Positions 46,527 to 56,103 of a stretch of DNA of 64,000 nt are shown piece by piece. The DNA lies in assembly GCA_050174015.1 (NCBI GenBank), contig JBFXKG010000008.1, positions 96,001 through 160,000 on the forward strand, written 5' to 3'. Below the pieces are notes generated by a model, which had not been told where the DNA came from, did no database searches, and was given only the letters and a program-made list of their open reading frames with translations. Both the position numbers and the translations under genes were made by a program. This stretch comes from Candidatus Krumholzibacteriia bacterium. GTDB taxonomy: Bacteria; Krumholzibacteriota; Krumholzibacteriia; LZORAL124-64-63. Every line of letters begins with the position of its first letter. The first letter of the stretch is position 1.

Positions 46527-47063
46527 ATGAAGAAGACCATCCTCATCCCGACGGCCATGGTGGCCCTGTTCGCCCTGGGCGCCTGCTCGTCCGACAACAG
46601 CCCCTTGTCCGTGGGGACCGAAGTCCAGAACGACACCGCCCGGAGCGGGAACGAAGGCGACGCCCTGCTGAAGTCCGTCGAGGCGATGAACGTGACGACC
46701 GGCGATTTCGACACCCTGATCGCCGGCCTGAAGGCCGAGCGCCTGATCCGGCCCCTGGTCGAGCTGGGCAACACCACGGTGTTCGCCCCGACCGACGCGG
46801 CCTTCGCCGCCCTGGGCCTGGACGAGACCAACGTCGCCGGTCTGGCCGGTCTGCGGAACATCCTGGCCTACCACGTGTCCACCGAACTGCTGTTCGCCGG
46901 GGACGTGCTGGCCCGGGAAAGCATCACCATGGGCAACGGCCAGGACACGGCGATCAGCCTGCGGGACGGCGCGCCCTACATCAACGACAGCATGATCATC
47001 CGGACCGACATCGTGCAGCCGACCGGCGTGATCCACGTGATCGACGCCGTGCTGCTCCCGTAG
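46527..47063 (+). CDS. Fasciclin (FAS1) domain lipoprotein
   Basis: GGAGG SD; lipobox LGAC; TVFAPTDAAF, ILAYHV, GVIHVIDAVLLP. Confidence 0.93.
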   Translation: MKKTILIPTAMVALFALGACSSDNSPLSVGTEVQNDTARSGNEGDALLKSVEAMNVTTGDFDTLIAGLKAERLIRPLVELGNTTVFAPTDAAFAALGLDETNVAGLAGLRNILAYHVSTELLFAGDVLARESITMGNGQDTAISLRDGAPYINDSMIIRTDIVQPTGVIHVIDAVLLP

Positions 47064-47200
47064 GTCGATGATCCCCCGAGCGGCCACGCGCCGCGCATCG
47101 CGGGTCCGCCCTCCAGGCGGGCCCGCGGTGTTTTGAAAATAACGAACCCGTTGCGGATAATTGACTTGCGCCCATTATTGCCGGTTGCCATCTTGCCGCA

Positions 47201-47216
47201 TGTGAACCGGTTAACA
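47201..47216. promoter_or_regulatory. Rex-like (or CRP/FNR-like) operator upstream of rnf
   Basis: TGTGAA-ccgg-TTAACA resembles TGTGAA-N4-TTCACA, 11 nt before the rnfA start. Confidence 0.5.
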
Positions 47217-47227
47217 GGTGGTGTCGC

Positions 47228-47803
47228 ATGGATCTGCTTCTTCTCGTCATCAGCGCCGTCCTGGTCAACAACTTCGTTCTGGCCCGTTTCCTGGGCATCT
47301 GTCCCTTCCTGGGAGTTTCCAAGAAGCTGTCGACCGCCCTGGGCATGACCGGGGCGGTGATGTTCGTGATGACCTTGGCCAGCCTGGCGGCCCATCTGGT
47401 CTACCATCACGTCCTGGCCCCCCTGAACCTCGCCTTCCTGCAGACGATCAGCTTCATCCTGATCATCGCCACCATGGTCCAGCTGGTCGAACTGGCGCTG
47501 CAGAAGCTGAGCCCGCCCCTCTACCGGTCCCTGGGCATCTTCCTGCCCCTGATCACCACGAACTGCGCGGTGCTGGGATGCGCGGTGATGACCGTCCAGA
47601 ACGAATACAGCCTGATCCAGACCCTGGTGTTCGCCATGGCGGCCGCCCTGGGGTTCGGGTTGGCCCTGATCCTTTTCGCAGGGATCAGGGAAGTGCTCGA
47701 CCTTGCCGAAACGCCCCGGGCCTTCCGGGGAACCGCCATCGCCCTGGTCACCGCCGGGGTGCTCTCGATGGCGTTCATGGGATTCGCGGGGCTGGTCAAG
47801 TAG
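47228..47803 (+). CDS. rnfA: Rnf complex subunit A
   Basis: VNNFVLARFLGICPFLGVS, GIFLPLITTNCAVLG. Confidence 0.95.
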   Translation: MDLLLLVISAVLVNNFVLARFLGICPFLGVSKKLSTALGMTGAVMFVMTLASLAAHLVYHHVLAPLNLAFLQTISFILIIATMVQLVELALQKLSPPLYRSLGIFLPLITTNCAVLGCAVMTVQNEYSLIQTLVFAMAAALGFGLALILFAGIREVLDLAETPRAFRGTAIALVTAGVLSMAFMGFAGLVK

Positions 47804-47828
47804 GCCGGGCCGCCGGAGGGGATGCCGC

Positions 47829-48653
47829 ATGTTCGTGCCGACCGCAGTGCTCGCCGGGATGGGCCTTTGCTCGGGCCTGGGGCTGGCCCTGGCCGCCCGG
47901 TTCTTCGCGGTGGAGACCGACCCCCGGCAGGAACGGGTGGCCGACGCCCTGCCCGGAGCCAATTGCGGCGGTTGCGGCTTCGCCGGCTGCGCGGATTTCG
48001 CCGCGGCCGTGGTCGCCGGCAAGGCCACGCCGGGGGATTGCCCCGTCTGCGACGCCCAGGCCCGGCAGGCCATCGGGACGATCATGGGGATCGAAGTGGA
48101 GGAGGGGGTGCGGCGGGTCGCCCTGGTGATGTGCCAGGGGGACGACGCGGTGGCCAGGCCCTCCTTCCGCTACAACGGCCATGCGAGCTGCGCCAGCAGC
48201 GACCTGCTGGGAGGCGGGGACAAGCTCTGCCTGCACGGCTGCCTGGGGCTGGCCGACTGCCAGGCGGTGTGCACCTTCGGGGCCATCGAGATCACGGACC
48301 TGGGGGTGGCCCGGGTGCTGCCCGAGCGCTGCACCGGTTGCGGGCGCTGCATCGCCGTCTGCCCCAAGCACCTGATCGGCCTCGTGCCCGAGGATGCGAC
48401 GATCCACGTGCTGTGCGTCAACACGGACAAGGGCGGGCCGGCCAGGAAGGCCTGCGACGTGGCCTGCATCGGCTGCCGGAAGTGCGAGAAGGCTTTCACG
48501 GAGGATCCCCGCATCCGGGTCGAGAACAACCTTGCCCGCGTCGATTACAGCCATGCCCCGCATGATCCCGCGCTGGTCGAAGCCTGTCCCACCGGGGCGC
48601 TGGTCTTCCTGGACCTGCGCGGCGGATCGGGCGGTCCCGGAGCAACGCCATGA
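47829..48653 (+). CDS. rnfB: Rnf complex subunit B (polyferredoxin)
   Basis: LPGANCGGCGFAGC and multiple CxxCxxCxxxC motifs. Confidence 0.93.
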   Translation: MFVPTAVLAGMGLCSGLGLALAARFFAVETDPRQERVADALPGANCGGCGFAGCADFAAAVVAGKATPGDCPVCDAQARQAIGTIMGIEVEEGVRRVALVMCQGDDAVARPSFRYNGHASCASSDLLGGGDKLCLHGCLGLADCQAVCTFGAIEITDLGVARVLPERCTGCGRCIAVCPKHLIGLVPEDATIHVLCVNTDKGGPARKACDVACIGCRKCEKAFTEDPRIRVENNLARVDYSHAPHDPALVEACPTGALVFLDLRGGSGGPGATP

Positions 48654-49972
48654 AGTTCAAGGGCGGCATCCATCCCTCGTACCTGAAGCTGACGGCCGGT
48701 CTGCCCGTCGAGGCCATGCCCCTGCTGGAGCGCTACCTCGTGCCCATCGGCCAGCACATCGGGGCTCCGGGCGACGTCGTGGTCGAGAAGGGGCAGGCCG
48801 TGAAGCGGGGAGAACCGCTGACCCGACCTGCCGGATTCGTCTCGGTTCCCGTCCACGCCCCCACCAGCGGGACGGTGAAGAAGATCGCCGACTTCCCCCA
48901 TCCGGTGGGCAGGCCGCAGATGGCGGTCGAACTCGAAGCCGACGGGCAGGATGCCTGGTGGGAATCGGCGGCGCCGGTGGGCGACTGGCGGACCCTGGCT
49001 CCGGCCGCGCTCAGGGATGCGATCCGGGACGCCGGCATCGTCGGCCTGGGCGGGGCGACCTTCCCCACGCACGTGAAGCTCAGCCCGCCCGAGGACAAGC
49101 CCATCGATCTGCTGGTGGTCAACGGGGCGGAGTGCGAACCCTACCTGACCAGCGACCACCGCATCATGCTCGAGCAGGCGGGCGACGTCTGCGAGGGCGT
49201 GGGGCTGATGATGCGGGTGCTGGGGGTGGACCGGGCGGTGGTCGGCGTCGAGGACAACAAGCCCGACGCCCTGGAGGCCCTGCGCCGCGCCTGCCCTCCC
49301 GACCTCCCGCTGGAGTTCCGCCTCCTGGAAACCAAGTATCCCCAGGGTTCGGAGAAGCACCTGATCTACGCCCTGTGCAAGCGGGAGGTGCCCGCCGGCG
49401 GCCTGCCCATGGACGTGGGCGTGGTGGTGCAGAACGTGGGAACCGCCGCGGCGTGCGTGCAGGCCGTTCGGGACGGCCGCCCCATGACCGAACGCGTGGT
49501 GACGGTCACCGGTTCGGCCGTGAGGGAGCCCCGCAACCTCATGGTCCGGATCGGGACCACCCTGCAGGACGTGCTCGACCACTGCGGCGGGGTGACCGGG
49601 GACCTGGGCAAGGTGATCTACGGCGGGCCCATGATGGGGATTGTCCAGTTCGACCTGGAATGCCCGGTGCTCAAGGGCACCAGCGGCATCCTCTGCCTCA
49701 GGGAGAGCGAGGTCACCCGGTTCGAGGGCAGGCCCTGCATCCGTTGCGGCAACTGCGTCGACGCTTGCCCCATGCTCCTGGTGCCCAGCCGCATGGGCGT
49801 GCTCGTGGAAAGGTCGCGCTGGGAGGATCTGGGGGAGGCGTGCGTGACCGACTGCATCGAGTGCGGCAGCTGCGCCTACGTGTGCCCCTCGCGGCGTCCC
49901 CTGGTCCAGTACTTCAAGCGCGGGAAGCTCGAATGGCGCGCCGTCCAGCGCAGGCAGGATTCCCACGCATGA
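48650..49972 (+). CDS. rnfC: Rnf complex subunit C
   Basis: FKGGIHP, GLGGATFPTHVK, NGAECEPYLT, KYPQGSEK, two 4Fe-4S motifs. Confidence 0.95.
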   Translation: MKFKGGIHPSYLKLTAGLPVEAMPLLERYLVPIGQHIGAPGDVVVEKGQAVKRGEPLTRPAGFVSVPVHAPTSGTVKKIADFPHPVGRPQMAVELEADGQDAWWESAAPVGDWRTLAPAALRDAIRDAGIVGLGGATFPTHVKLSPPEDKPIDLLVVNGAECEPYLTSDHRIMLEQAGDVCEGVGLMMRVLGVDRAVVGVEDNKPDALEALRRACPPDLPLEFRLLETKYPQGSEKHLIYALCKREVPAGGLPMDVGVVVQNVGTAAACVQAVRDGRPMTERVVTVTGSAVREPRNLMVRIGTTLQDVLDHCGGVTGDLGKVIYGGPMMGIVQFDLECPVLKGTSGILCLRESEVTRFEGRPCIRCGNCVDACPMLLVPSRMGVLVERSRWEDLGEACVTDCIECGSCAYVCPSRRPLVQYFKRGKLEWRAVQRRQDSHA

Positions 49973-49991
49973 AACCGCTCGGGAGCAGGGG

Positions 49992-51029
49992 ATGAACACA
50001 TCGGTCAAGGACACGGTCTCGGTCCAGAACCTCATCGTCAGCGCCTCTCCGCACGTGCACGCGGGGCAGGACGTCCGGTCCGTCATGCGGGACGTGCTGC
50101 TCGCCCTGGTCCCCGGAGTCCTGGTCGGCCTGTGGTTCTTCGGGTTGCCTGCGCTGGTGGTCCTGCTCCTGGCCGTGGGCGGCTGCGTGGCCTGCGAGTG
50201 GGCGGCCTGCCGATTGCTGGGACGCAGGTCCACGGTGGGGGATCTGAGCGCCGCGTTGACCGGGGTGCTGCTGGCCATGAACCTCCCCTCGGGCAGCCCC
50301 TGGTGGCTGGTGCTCGTCGGCGCGGTGGTGGCCATCGGCCTGGGCAAGGCCATCTACGGGGGGTTGGGCATGAATCCCTTCAACCCCGCCCTGGTGGCCC
50401 GCGTCTTCCTGCTGATCTCCTTTCCCGTCCAGATGACCCGCTGGGTGGTTCCCCGGGGGCCGGGCACGGGCTTCGACGCCGCGACGGGCGCCACCCCCCT
50501 GGGCGCCGTCAAGGAAGCGATCAGCCTGGGCCGGCCCCTGAACGAGGTCGACCTGCCGGGTACCGGCGATCTGCTGCTGGGGGACATGGGCGGCAGCCTG
50601 GGCGAGGTGGGAGCGGCGGCCCTGCTGCTGGGCGGGCTCTACCTGCTGTGGCGCGGCATCATCCGCTGGCAGATCCCCGTGGGGTTCATCGCGTCCCTCG
50701 TGGTGGTCACCGGGATCGCGCATGCCGCGGCCCCCGACCGCTATCTGCACCCGGTGGTCCACGTTCTCTCCGGCGGCCTGTTCCTGGGCGCGTTCTTCAT
50801 GGCCACCGACATGGTCACCACGCCGGTGACCCGCAGGGGGATGCTCGTGTTCGGGGTGGGTTGCGGGTTGCTGACCGCCGTCATCCGCCTGTGGGGCGGC
50901 TATCCCGAAGGGGTCAGCTTCGCCATCCTGCTGATGAACGCCGTGACGCCGCTGATCGACCGCTCCACCAGGCCGCGCGTGTTCGGCGCCCCGCGCCACG
51001 TCCTGTTCAGCGTCCGGAGGGGGTCATGA
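49992..51029 (+). CDS. rnfD: Rnf complex subunit D
   Basis: SPH, GGLGMNPFNPA, TGATPL (FMN site), FMATD. Confidence 0.95.
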   Translation: MNTSVKDTVSVQNLIVSASPHVHAGQDVRSVMRDVLLALVPGVLVGLWFFGLPALVVLLLAVGGCVACEWAACRLLGRRSTVGDLSAALTGVLLAMNLPSGSPWWLVLVGAVVAIGLGKAIYGGLGMNPFNPALVARVFLLISFPVQMTRWVVPRGPGTGFDAATGATPLGAVKEAISLGRPLNEVDLPGTGDLLLGDMGGSLGEVGAAALLLGGLYLLWRGIIRWQIPVGFIASLVVVTGIAHAAAPDRYLHPVVHVLSGGLFLGAFFMATDMVTTPVTRRGMLVFGVGCGLLTAVIRLWGGYPEGVSFAILLMNAVTPLIDRSTRPRVFGAPRHVLFSVRRGS

Positions 51030-51610
51030 AGGAGCCGTTGAACCTCGCCCTGCGCCTGGGGCTCATCTGCGCCGTGGCCGCCCTGGCCCTGACCCGGGTG
51101 GACGCCTTCACGCGGGAACCCATCGCCCTGGCCGAGGCCCGCGCCCGGCGCGAAGCCGTGGCCGCGGTCCTGCCGCCCTTCACCGAACTGGTGGCCGACA
51201 CCCTGCGGCCCGGGGAGGCCGACCAGACCCTCTACTACACGGGGATGGGCCCCGACGGGCCCGTGGGAACGGCCCTGGTGACCGCCAGCGGTCTGGGCTA
51301 TTCCGGCCTGATCGAGCTGATGCTGGGGCTGGATGCCGAGGGCGACGTCAACGGCGTGCGGGTGCTCCGTCACGCCGAGACGCCGGGCCTTGGCGCCAAT
51401 TACGCCGCGCCCGAGCTGCTGGACCGCTTCTACAAGGGTCGGCCCGGCGGGGGCGAGTGGAAGGTGACCAAGGACGGCGGTCCGGTGGATGCGGTGACGG
51501 GGGCGACGGTCACCGGCAGGGCCATCTGCGACGCCATCGACCGCGGTTGGGATCGCTGGTCGCGGGACCGGGACCGGCTGGGCGCCCAGGGCAAGAAGGA
51601 GACTCCATGA
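51026..51610 (+). CDS. rnfG: Rnf complex subunit G
   Basis: GYSG, HAETPGLG, DAVTGATVT. Confidence 0.93.
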   Translation: MKEPLNLALRLGLICAVAALALTRVDAFTREPIALAEARARREAVAAVLPPFTELVADTLRPGEADQTLYYTGMGPDGPVGTALVTASGLGYSGLIELMLGLDAEGDVNGVRVLRHAETPGLGANYAAPELLDRFYKGRPGGGEWKVTKDGGPVDAVTGATVTGRAICDAIDRGWDRWSRDRDRLGAQGKKETP

Positions 51611-52290
51611 CGGCGACGGCGGTCTTTTTCCGGGGACTCTGGCAGGAGAACCCCATCTTCCGCCTGCTGCTGGGGCTGTGCCCCACGCTGGCGGTCACCA
51701 CCAGCGTGGTCAACGGGCTGGGGATGGGGCTGGCCTCGACCTTCGTCCTGCTGTGCAGCAACACCATGATCTCGCTTCTGCGCGGGTTCATCCCCAGGAA
51801 GGTGCGGATCCCCGCCTACATCGTGGTGATCGCCTCGTTCGTGACCATCGTCGACCTGGTCATGCACGGTTTCCTTTTTGAACTGCACCGCAGCCTGGGC
51901 CTGTTCATCCCCCTGATCGTGGTCAACTGCATCATCCTCGGCCGGGCCGAGGCGTTCGCCAGCCGCAACCCCCTGCGCCTCTCGGTGCTCGACGGTCTGG
52001 GCATGGGTCTGGGCTTCACGGCCGGGCTGGCGGTTCTGGGCGGGGTCCGCGAGCTGCTGGGTTCGGGCAGCCTGCTGGGGATTCCGGTCCTGGGCGCGGA
52101 CTATCCGCCGGCCCTGGTGATGATCCTGCCGCCGGGGGCCTTCCTGACCCTGGGCCTGCTGCTGGCGGGGATGAACAAGCTGGAACAGCGGCGGGCCATC
52201 GGGGCGGGGGAGGCCTACGCCCCTCCGCGGGAGATGGATTGCGGCAACTGCGTGCTGTGCAACCTCGGGGAGAACCTCCGCTCGGAGTGA
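51607..52290 (+). CDS. rnfE: Rnf complex subunit E
   Basis: ENP, LGLCPTLAVT, FIPLIVVNCIILGRAE, PPGAF. Confidence 0.95.
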   Translation: MTATAVFFRGLWQENPIFRLLLGLCPTLAVTTSVVNGLGMGLASTFVLLCSNTMISLLRGFIPRKVRIPAYIVVIASFVTIVDLVMHGFLFELHRSLGLFIPLIVVNCIILGRAEAFASRNPLRLSVLDGLGMGLGFTAGLAVLGGVRELLGSGSLLGIPVLGADYPPALVMILPPGAFLTLGLLLAGMNKLEQRRAIGAGEAYAPPREMDCGNCVLCNLGENLRSE

Positions 52291-52308
52291 CCTCACCGGT
52301 CCGCCGGC

Positions 52309-52827
52309 CTAGACGATGTTGCCTTGACGCCGCTGGGAATCGTCCCCGCGGGCGAGGCGTTCGGCGAACACCCGCATCTCGTACATCTGATCCATGGTCA
52401 AACCCTGCCCGATGACGGCCGCCCCGTAGACGAAGCCCGCCACACCCAGACAGACAGGGACCGCGATGATGGCCCAGGGGGTCTCGTGGACCGTCAGCTG
52501 GGCCAGCCCGAACACCAGACAGCCCAGGGCGATCATCCCCAGCACCCCGTAGACGGCCATGAACCCCGTCCAGACGGCCGGATGGGGAGTGAAACGGCCG
52601 CGCAGGGTGCACTCGCCCTCGTCGTCGACCAGCTGGAGATTCAGGTAGGGCGACAGCAGGGAGCGCTGGTCCGGCGGCAGCTGGATGTAGGCGTGCCGGT
52701 TGAGGACCTGACCGACGTAGGGCCCGCTGCCGGCCGTCAGGTAGGCCTTCAGGCGGGCGAAGACGTCCCTGGCCTCGCCCTGGCAGGGCAGGATGAATTC
52801 AGGTCGCATGCGGGGCCGCAAGGCCAT
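52309..52827 (-). CDS. Hypothetical membrane protein
   Basis: GGAGG SD; soluble N-terminal domain plus two TM helices. Confidence 0.65.
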   Translation of the reverse strand: MALRPRMRPEFILPCQGEARDVFARLKAYLTAGSGPYVGQVLNRHAYIQLPPDQRSLLSPYLNLQLVDDEGECTLRGRFTPHPAVWTGFMAVYGVLGMIALGCLVFGLAQLTVHETPWAIIAVPVCLGVAGFVYGAAVIGQGLTMDQMYEMRVFAERLARGDDSQRRQGNIV

Positions 52828-52936
52828 GAGGCGTCCTCCCGGGATCTGGAACTTCCTGATCGAAAGCAATAACCTATAATCATACTAGGAAATTTGTGCC
52901 AGCCGCGGGATCTTACATCCGATCCCGGGGTGACGG

Positions 52937-54406
52937 ATGAGGATCGCGCAGCTATCGTGGCCGGATCCACCCGAACCCAGGAATGGCGGAGCGAGCTTGA
53001 GCCCTGAATCAGACGGCACCGCGGACGGCCTGCCCGGCGACGACCTGACCACCGCGCCCATCCCCCAACTCGTGCGCAGGCTGGCCATCCCCGCTTCCGT
53101 GGGCTTCTTCTTCAACACCATGTACAACGTGGTGGACACGTACTTCGCCGGGCGCTGGTCGACCGACGCCCTCGCGGCCCTCTCCTTGAGCTTCCCGGTC
53201 TTCTTCATCCTCATCGCCATGGGTTCGGGGTTCTCCACGGGGGCGACCGCCCTGATCGGGGACGCCCTGGGCCGCCGGGATCGCCCGGCCGCCGCCGCGG
53301 TCGCCGCCCAGGGCCTGGTGCTGGGCCTGCTGGCGACCCTCGTCATCATGGTGGTGGGTTACGCCTCGGCGCCCTCCCTGTACCGGATGCTGGGAGCGGA
53401 GGAGGAGTACCTCGACCTGTGCCTCTCCTACCTCCACGTCATCCTGGCGGGGTCCGGATTCATCCTGACGTTCTACATGTTCAACGGCATCCTCAACGCC
53501 CAGGGCGACACCCGCGCCTTCCGGGACTACCTCATCGCCGCCACCGTCGCGAACGTCATCATGGACCCCTGGTTCATGTACGGCGGTCTGGGATTGCCGG
53601 CCATGGGGGTGCCGGGCATCGCCCTGGCCACGATCATCGCCCAGGCCGGCGGGGTCGTGTTCCTGGGCCGCCGGGCCCGGCGGACCGGCCTGCTGTGGCG
53701 GTCGACCGGCGCCCGCTGGCGGCCTGACGGGGCCATCCTGCGCGCCATCGCCGCCCAGGGGGTTCCCGCAAGCCTGAACATGATGACCGTGGCGATCGGC
53801 ATCTTCGTGATCACGTACTACCTCAGCGCCTTCGGGCAGGATGCGGTCGCCGCCTACGGTGCGGCCACCCGCATCGAGCAGATCATCCTGCTGCCCGCCC
53901 TGGGGTTGAACGTGGCCGCCCTGACCCTGGCCGCCCAGAACGGGGGCGCCCGGCGGTTCGACCGGGTCCGCTCCACCGTCCGCACCTGCCTGGCCTACGG
54001 GATGCTGGTGGTCCTGGTGGGATCCACCCTCATGTTCCTCGGCGCCGACTGGCTGATGGCGCGCTTCACGGATTCCGCAGCGGTCGTGGCCATCGGCGGC
54101 CACTACCTGCGGATCGCCGCCTTCATCGAGTTCGCCTACGTGCTGCTGTTCGTCAACCTCTCGGTGCTCCAGGGCCTGAAGCTGCCCATCTTCGCCCTGT
54201 GGATCGGCCTCGGCAGACAGATCCTGGCTCCGGTGATCCTGTTCACCCTGGCCACGAGGGTCTGGAATCTGGGCCTGGACGGGGTCTGGTGGTCCATCTT
54301 CGGGATCACCTGGACCGCGGCCCTGGTGGCGGTCGCCTTCGCCCTGAGGAAGGTGGACGTCCTGGCCTCCCGGCCCGGCCCCGGTGGCGAGGGAGGTGGG
54401 CCATGA
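52937..54406 (+). CDS. MATE family efflux transporter (start uncertain, possibly ~52997)
   Basis: DLT...LAIP, YNVVDT, QGDT, NVIMDP; about 12 TM helices. Confidence 0.9.
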   Translation: MRIAQLSWPDPPEPRNGGASLSPESDGTADGLPGDDLTTAPIPQLVRRLAIPASVGFFFNTMYNVVDTYFAGRWSTDALAALSLSFPVFFILIAMGSGFSTGATALIGDALGRRDRPAAAAVAAQGLVLGLLATLVIMVVGYASAPSLYRMLGAEEEYLDLCLSYLHVILAGSGFILTFYMFNGILNAQGDTRAFRDYLIAATVANVIMDPWFMYGGLGLPAMGVPGIALATIIAQAGGVVFLGRRARRTGLLWRSTGARWRPDGAILRAIAAQGVPASLNMMTVAIGIFVITYYLSAFGQDAVAAYGAATRIEQIILLPALGLNVAALTLAAQNGGARRFDRVRSTVRTCLAYGMLVVLVGSTLMFLGADWLMARFTDSAAVVAIGGHYLRIAAFIEFAYVLLFVNLSVLQGLKLPIFALWIGLGRQILAPVILFTLATRVWNLGLDGVWWSIFGITWTAALVAVAFALRKVDVLASRPGPGGEGGGP

Positions 54407-56013
54407 ACCTCGCCGGATCCCGGTGGACCCTCCCGATCGGTTCGGCCGTCCTGGTGACCGGGGTCCTGGCGGGCCTGCGGCCGGCCGTCGCGGCGCTCTG
54501 GCCCACCCTGCTCGCCCTGGGGGTGATCCTGGCCACGCGCAGCGCCCTGTCCGGCCTGCTGGCCGGCGCCCTGGCGGGAGCCGTCATCCTCGAGGGTGGC
54601 GATCCGGTGGGGGCCGTCGTCCTGCTGGCGAGGGATCACTTCTGGTCAGGGTTGTCCAGCCCCTGGAAGTCGGGAGCCATCGTCTTCACGATCCTCCTGG
54701 GCGGCTTCGCGGCGGTCCTGGAGGCGGGAGGGGGACCCGAACGGTTGCTGCGGCGGTGGGCGGGGGACGGAGGCGACCGCCGGCGCAGGGTGGAAACCGC
54801 CGCGATGGGGCTGGGCCTGGTCCTGTTCTTCGACGGGCTCGCCAACAGCATGGTGGTGGGCAGGGTGGCCCGCCCCCTCGCCGACCTCGCGGGGGTGGCG
54901 CGGGTCAAGCTGGCCTACATCGTCGATTCCACATCCTCGGCCGTGGCGTGCGTGGCCCTGATCTCCACCTGGATCGCCTTCCAGCTGGGGATGATCACCG
55001 AGGCCTTCGCCCTGGCCGGCCGGCAGGTCAATCCTTACGGGGTGTTCCTGGCCTCCCTGCCCTACAACTTCTACTGCTGGTTCACCCTGGTCCTTCTGGC
55101 GGTGGCGGTCCGGCGGGGCTTCCATCCGGGGCCCATGGGAGGGCACTGCCGCCGGGCCGGGCCGCAGGCCGCGGCCGTCCGCGACGGCGGTTCGTCGGCC
55201 GGGGAGCGGGAAGGGGGTCTCGCCTCCGCCGCGGTTCCCCTGGTCGTCCTTCTGGCCGCCTTCTTCCTGGGGTTCCTGGTCCTGGGTTCGCCCCGGCCCC
55301 TGCTTCCCCTCAGCCGGGACAAGCTGGTCGCGTCCTTCGGCTCGGACGCCGGACCGGTGGTCATGACGGCGGCGGCCGCCCTGGCCCTGGCGACGGCGAT
55401 GGCCCTGTTCCCGGGACGGCGGGACGGACGCCTCCGTCCGGCAGGGCAGGCCGCACTCGGGGGGATGCGGGGGATGCTCGAGCCGGTCCTGATCCTGCTG
55501 GCGGCCTGGCTCCTGGGCGGAGTCATGGGGGATCTGGGCACGGCGGACCTGCTGGCCCGCGCCGCAGGGGGAATCGCCATCCTGGGCCTGTACCCCACGG
55601 CGACGTTCCTGGTCGGAGCTGTGGTGTCCTTCAGCACGGGCACCAGCTGGGGCACCATGGGACTGCTGTTCCCCTTGACCGTCCCGGCTGCAGCCTCGCT
55701 CGGAGCCGACGAGCACGGCCTGGTCCTGGTGGTGGCGGCGGTGTTCAGCGGGGCCGTCTTCGGAGATCATTGCTCCCCCTTCAGCGACACGACCATCGTC
55801 ACCTCCATCTCCTGCGGCGTGACGCCCGACGACCACGTCCGCACCCAGCTGCCCTACGCGCTGTTGACCGCGGCGGCGGCGATCGTCCTGGGCTTCCTGC
55901 CGGCGGGATTCGGGGCTTCCGCCTGGATCCTGCTGCCCCTGGGCGTACTCGTCCTGGTCCTGCTGCCGGGCCTGATCCCCGCGGGAATTGCCGGGCGGGA
56001 CCGGATTCCGTAA
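54403..56013 (+). CDS. NhaC-family Na+/H+ antiporter-like transporter
   Basis: KLAYIVDST, FSTGTSWGT, GAVFGDHCSPFSDTT, HVRTQLPYA. Confidence 0.88.
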   Translation: MNLAGSRWTLPIGSAVLVTGVLAGLRPAVAALWPTLLALGVILATRSALSGLLAGALAGAVILEGGDPVGAVVLLARDHFWSGLSSPWKSGAIVFTILLGGFAAVLEAGGGPERLLRRWAGDGGDRRRRVETAAMGLGLVLFFDGLANSMVVGRVARPLADLAGVARVKLAYIVDSTSSAVACVALISTWIAFQLGMITEAFALAGRQVNPYGVFLASLPYNFYCWFTLVLLAVAVRRGFHPGPMGGHCRRAGPQAAAVRDGGSSAGEREGGLASAAVPLVVLLAAFFLGFLVLGSPRPLLPLSRDKLVASFGSDAGPVVMTAAAALALATAMALFPGRRDGRLRPAGQAALGGMRGMLEPVLILLAAWLLGGVMGDLGTADLLARAAGGIAILGLYPTATFLVGAVVSFSTGTSWGTMGLLFPLTVPAAASLGADEHGLVLVVAAVFSGAVFGDHCSPFSDTTIVTSISCGVTPDDHVRTQLPYALLTAAAAIVLGFLPAGFGASAWILLPLGVLVLVLLPGLIPAGIAGRDRIP

Positions 56014-56103
56014 GCTGAGGGCGTTCGGCCGGGAAGCCGCCACCGGGAAGGGGGCCCTGCGGCGGCCGGCGACGTCCTGCCCCCGTGAGGATGCTGGACT
56101 CCA

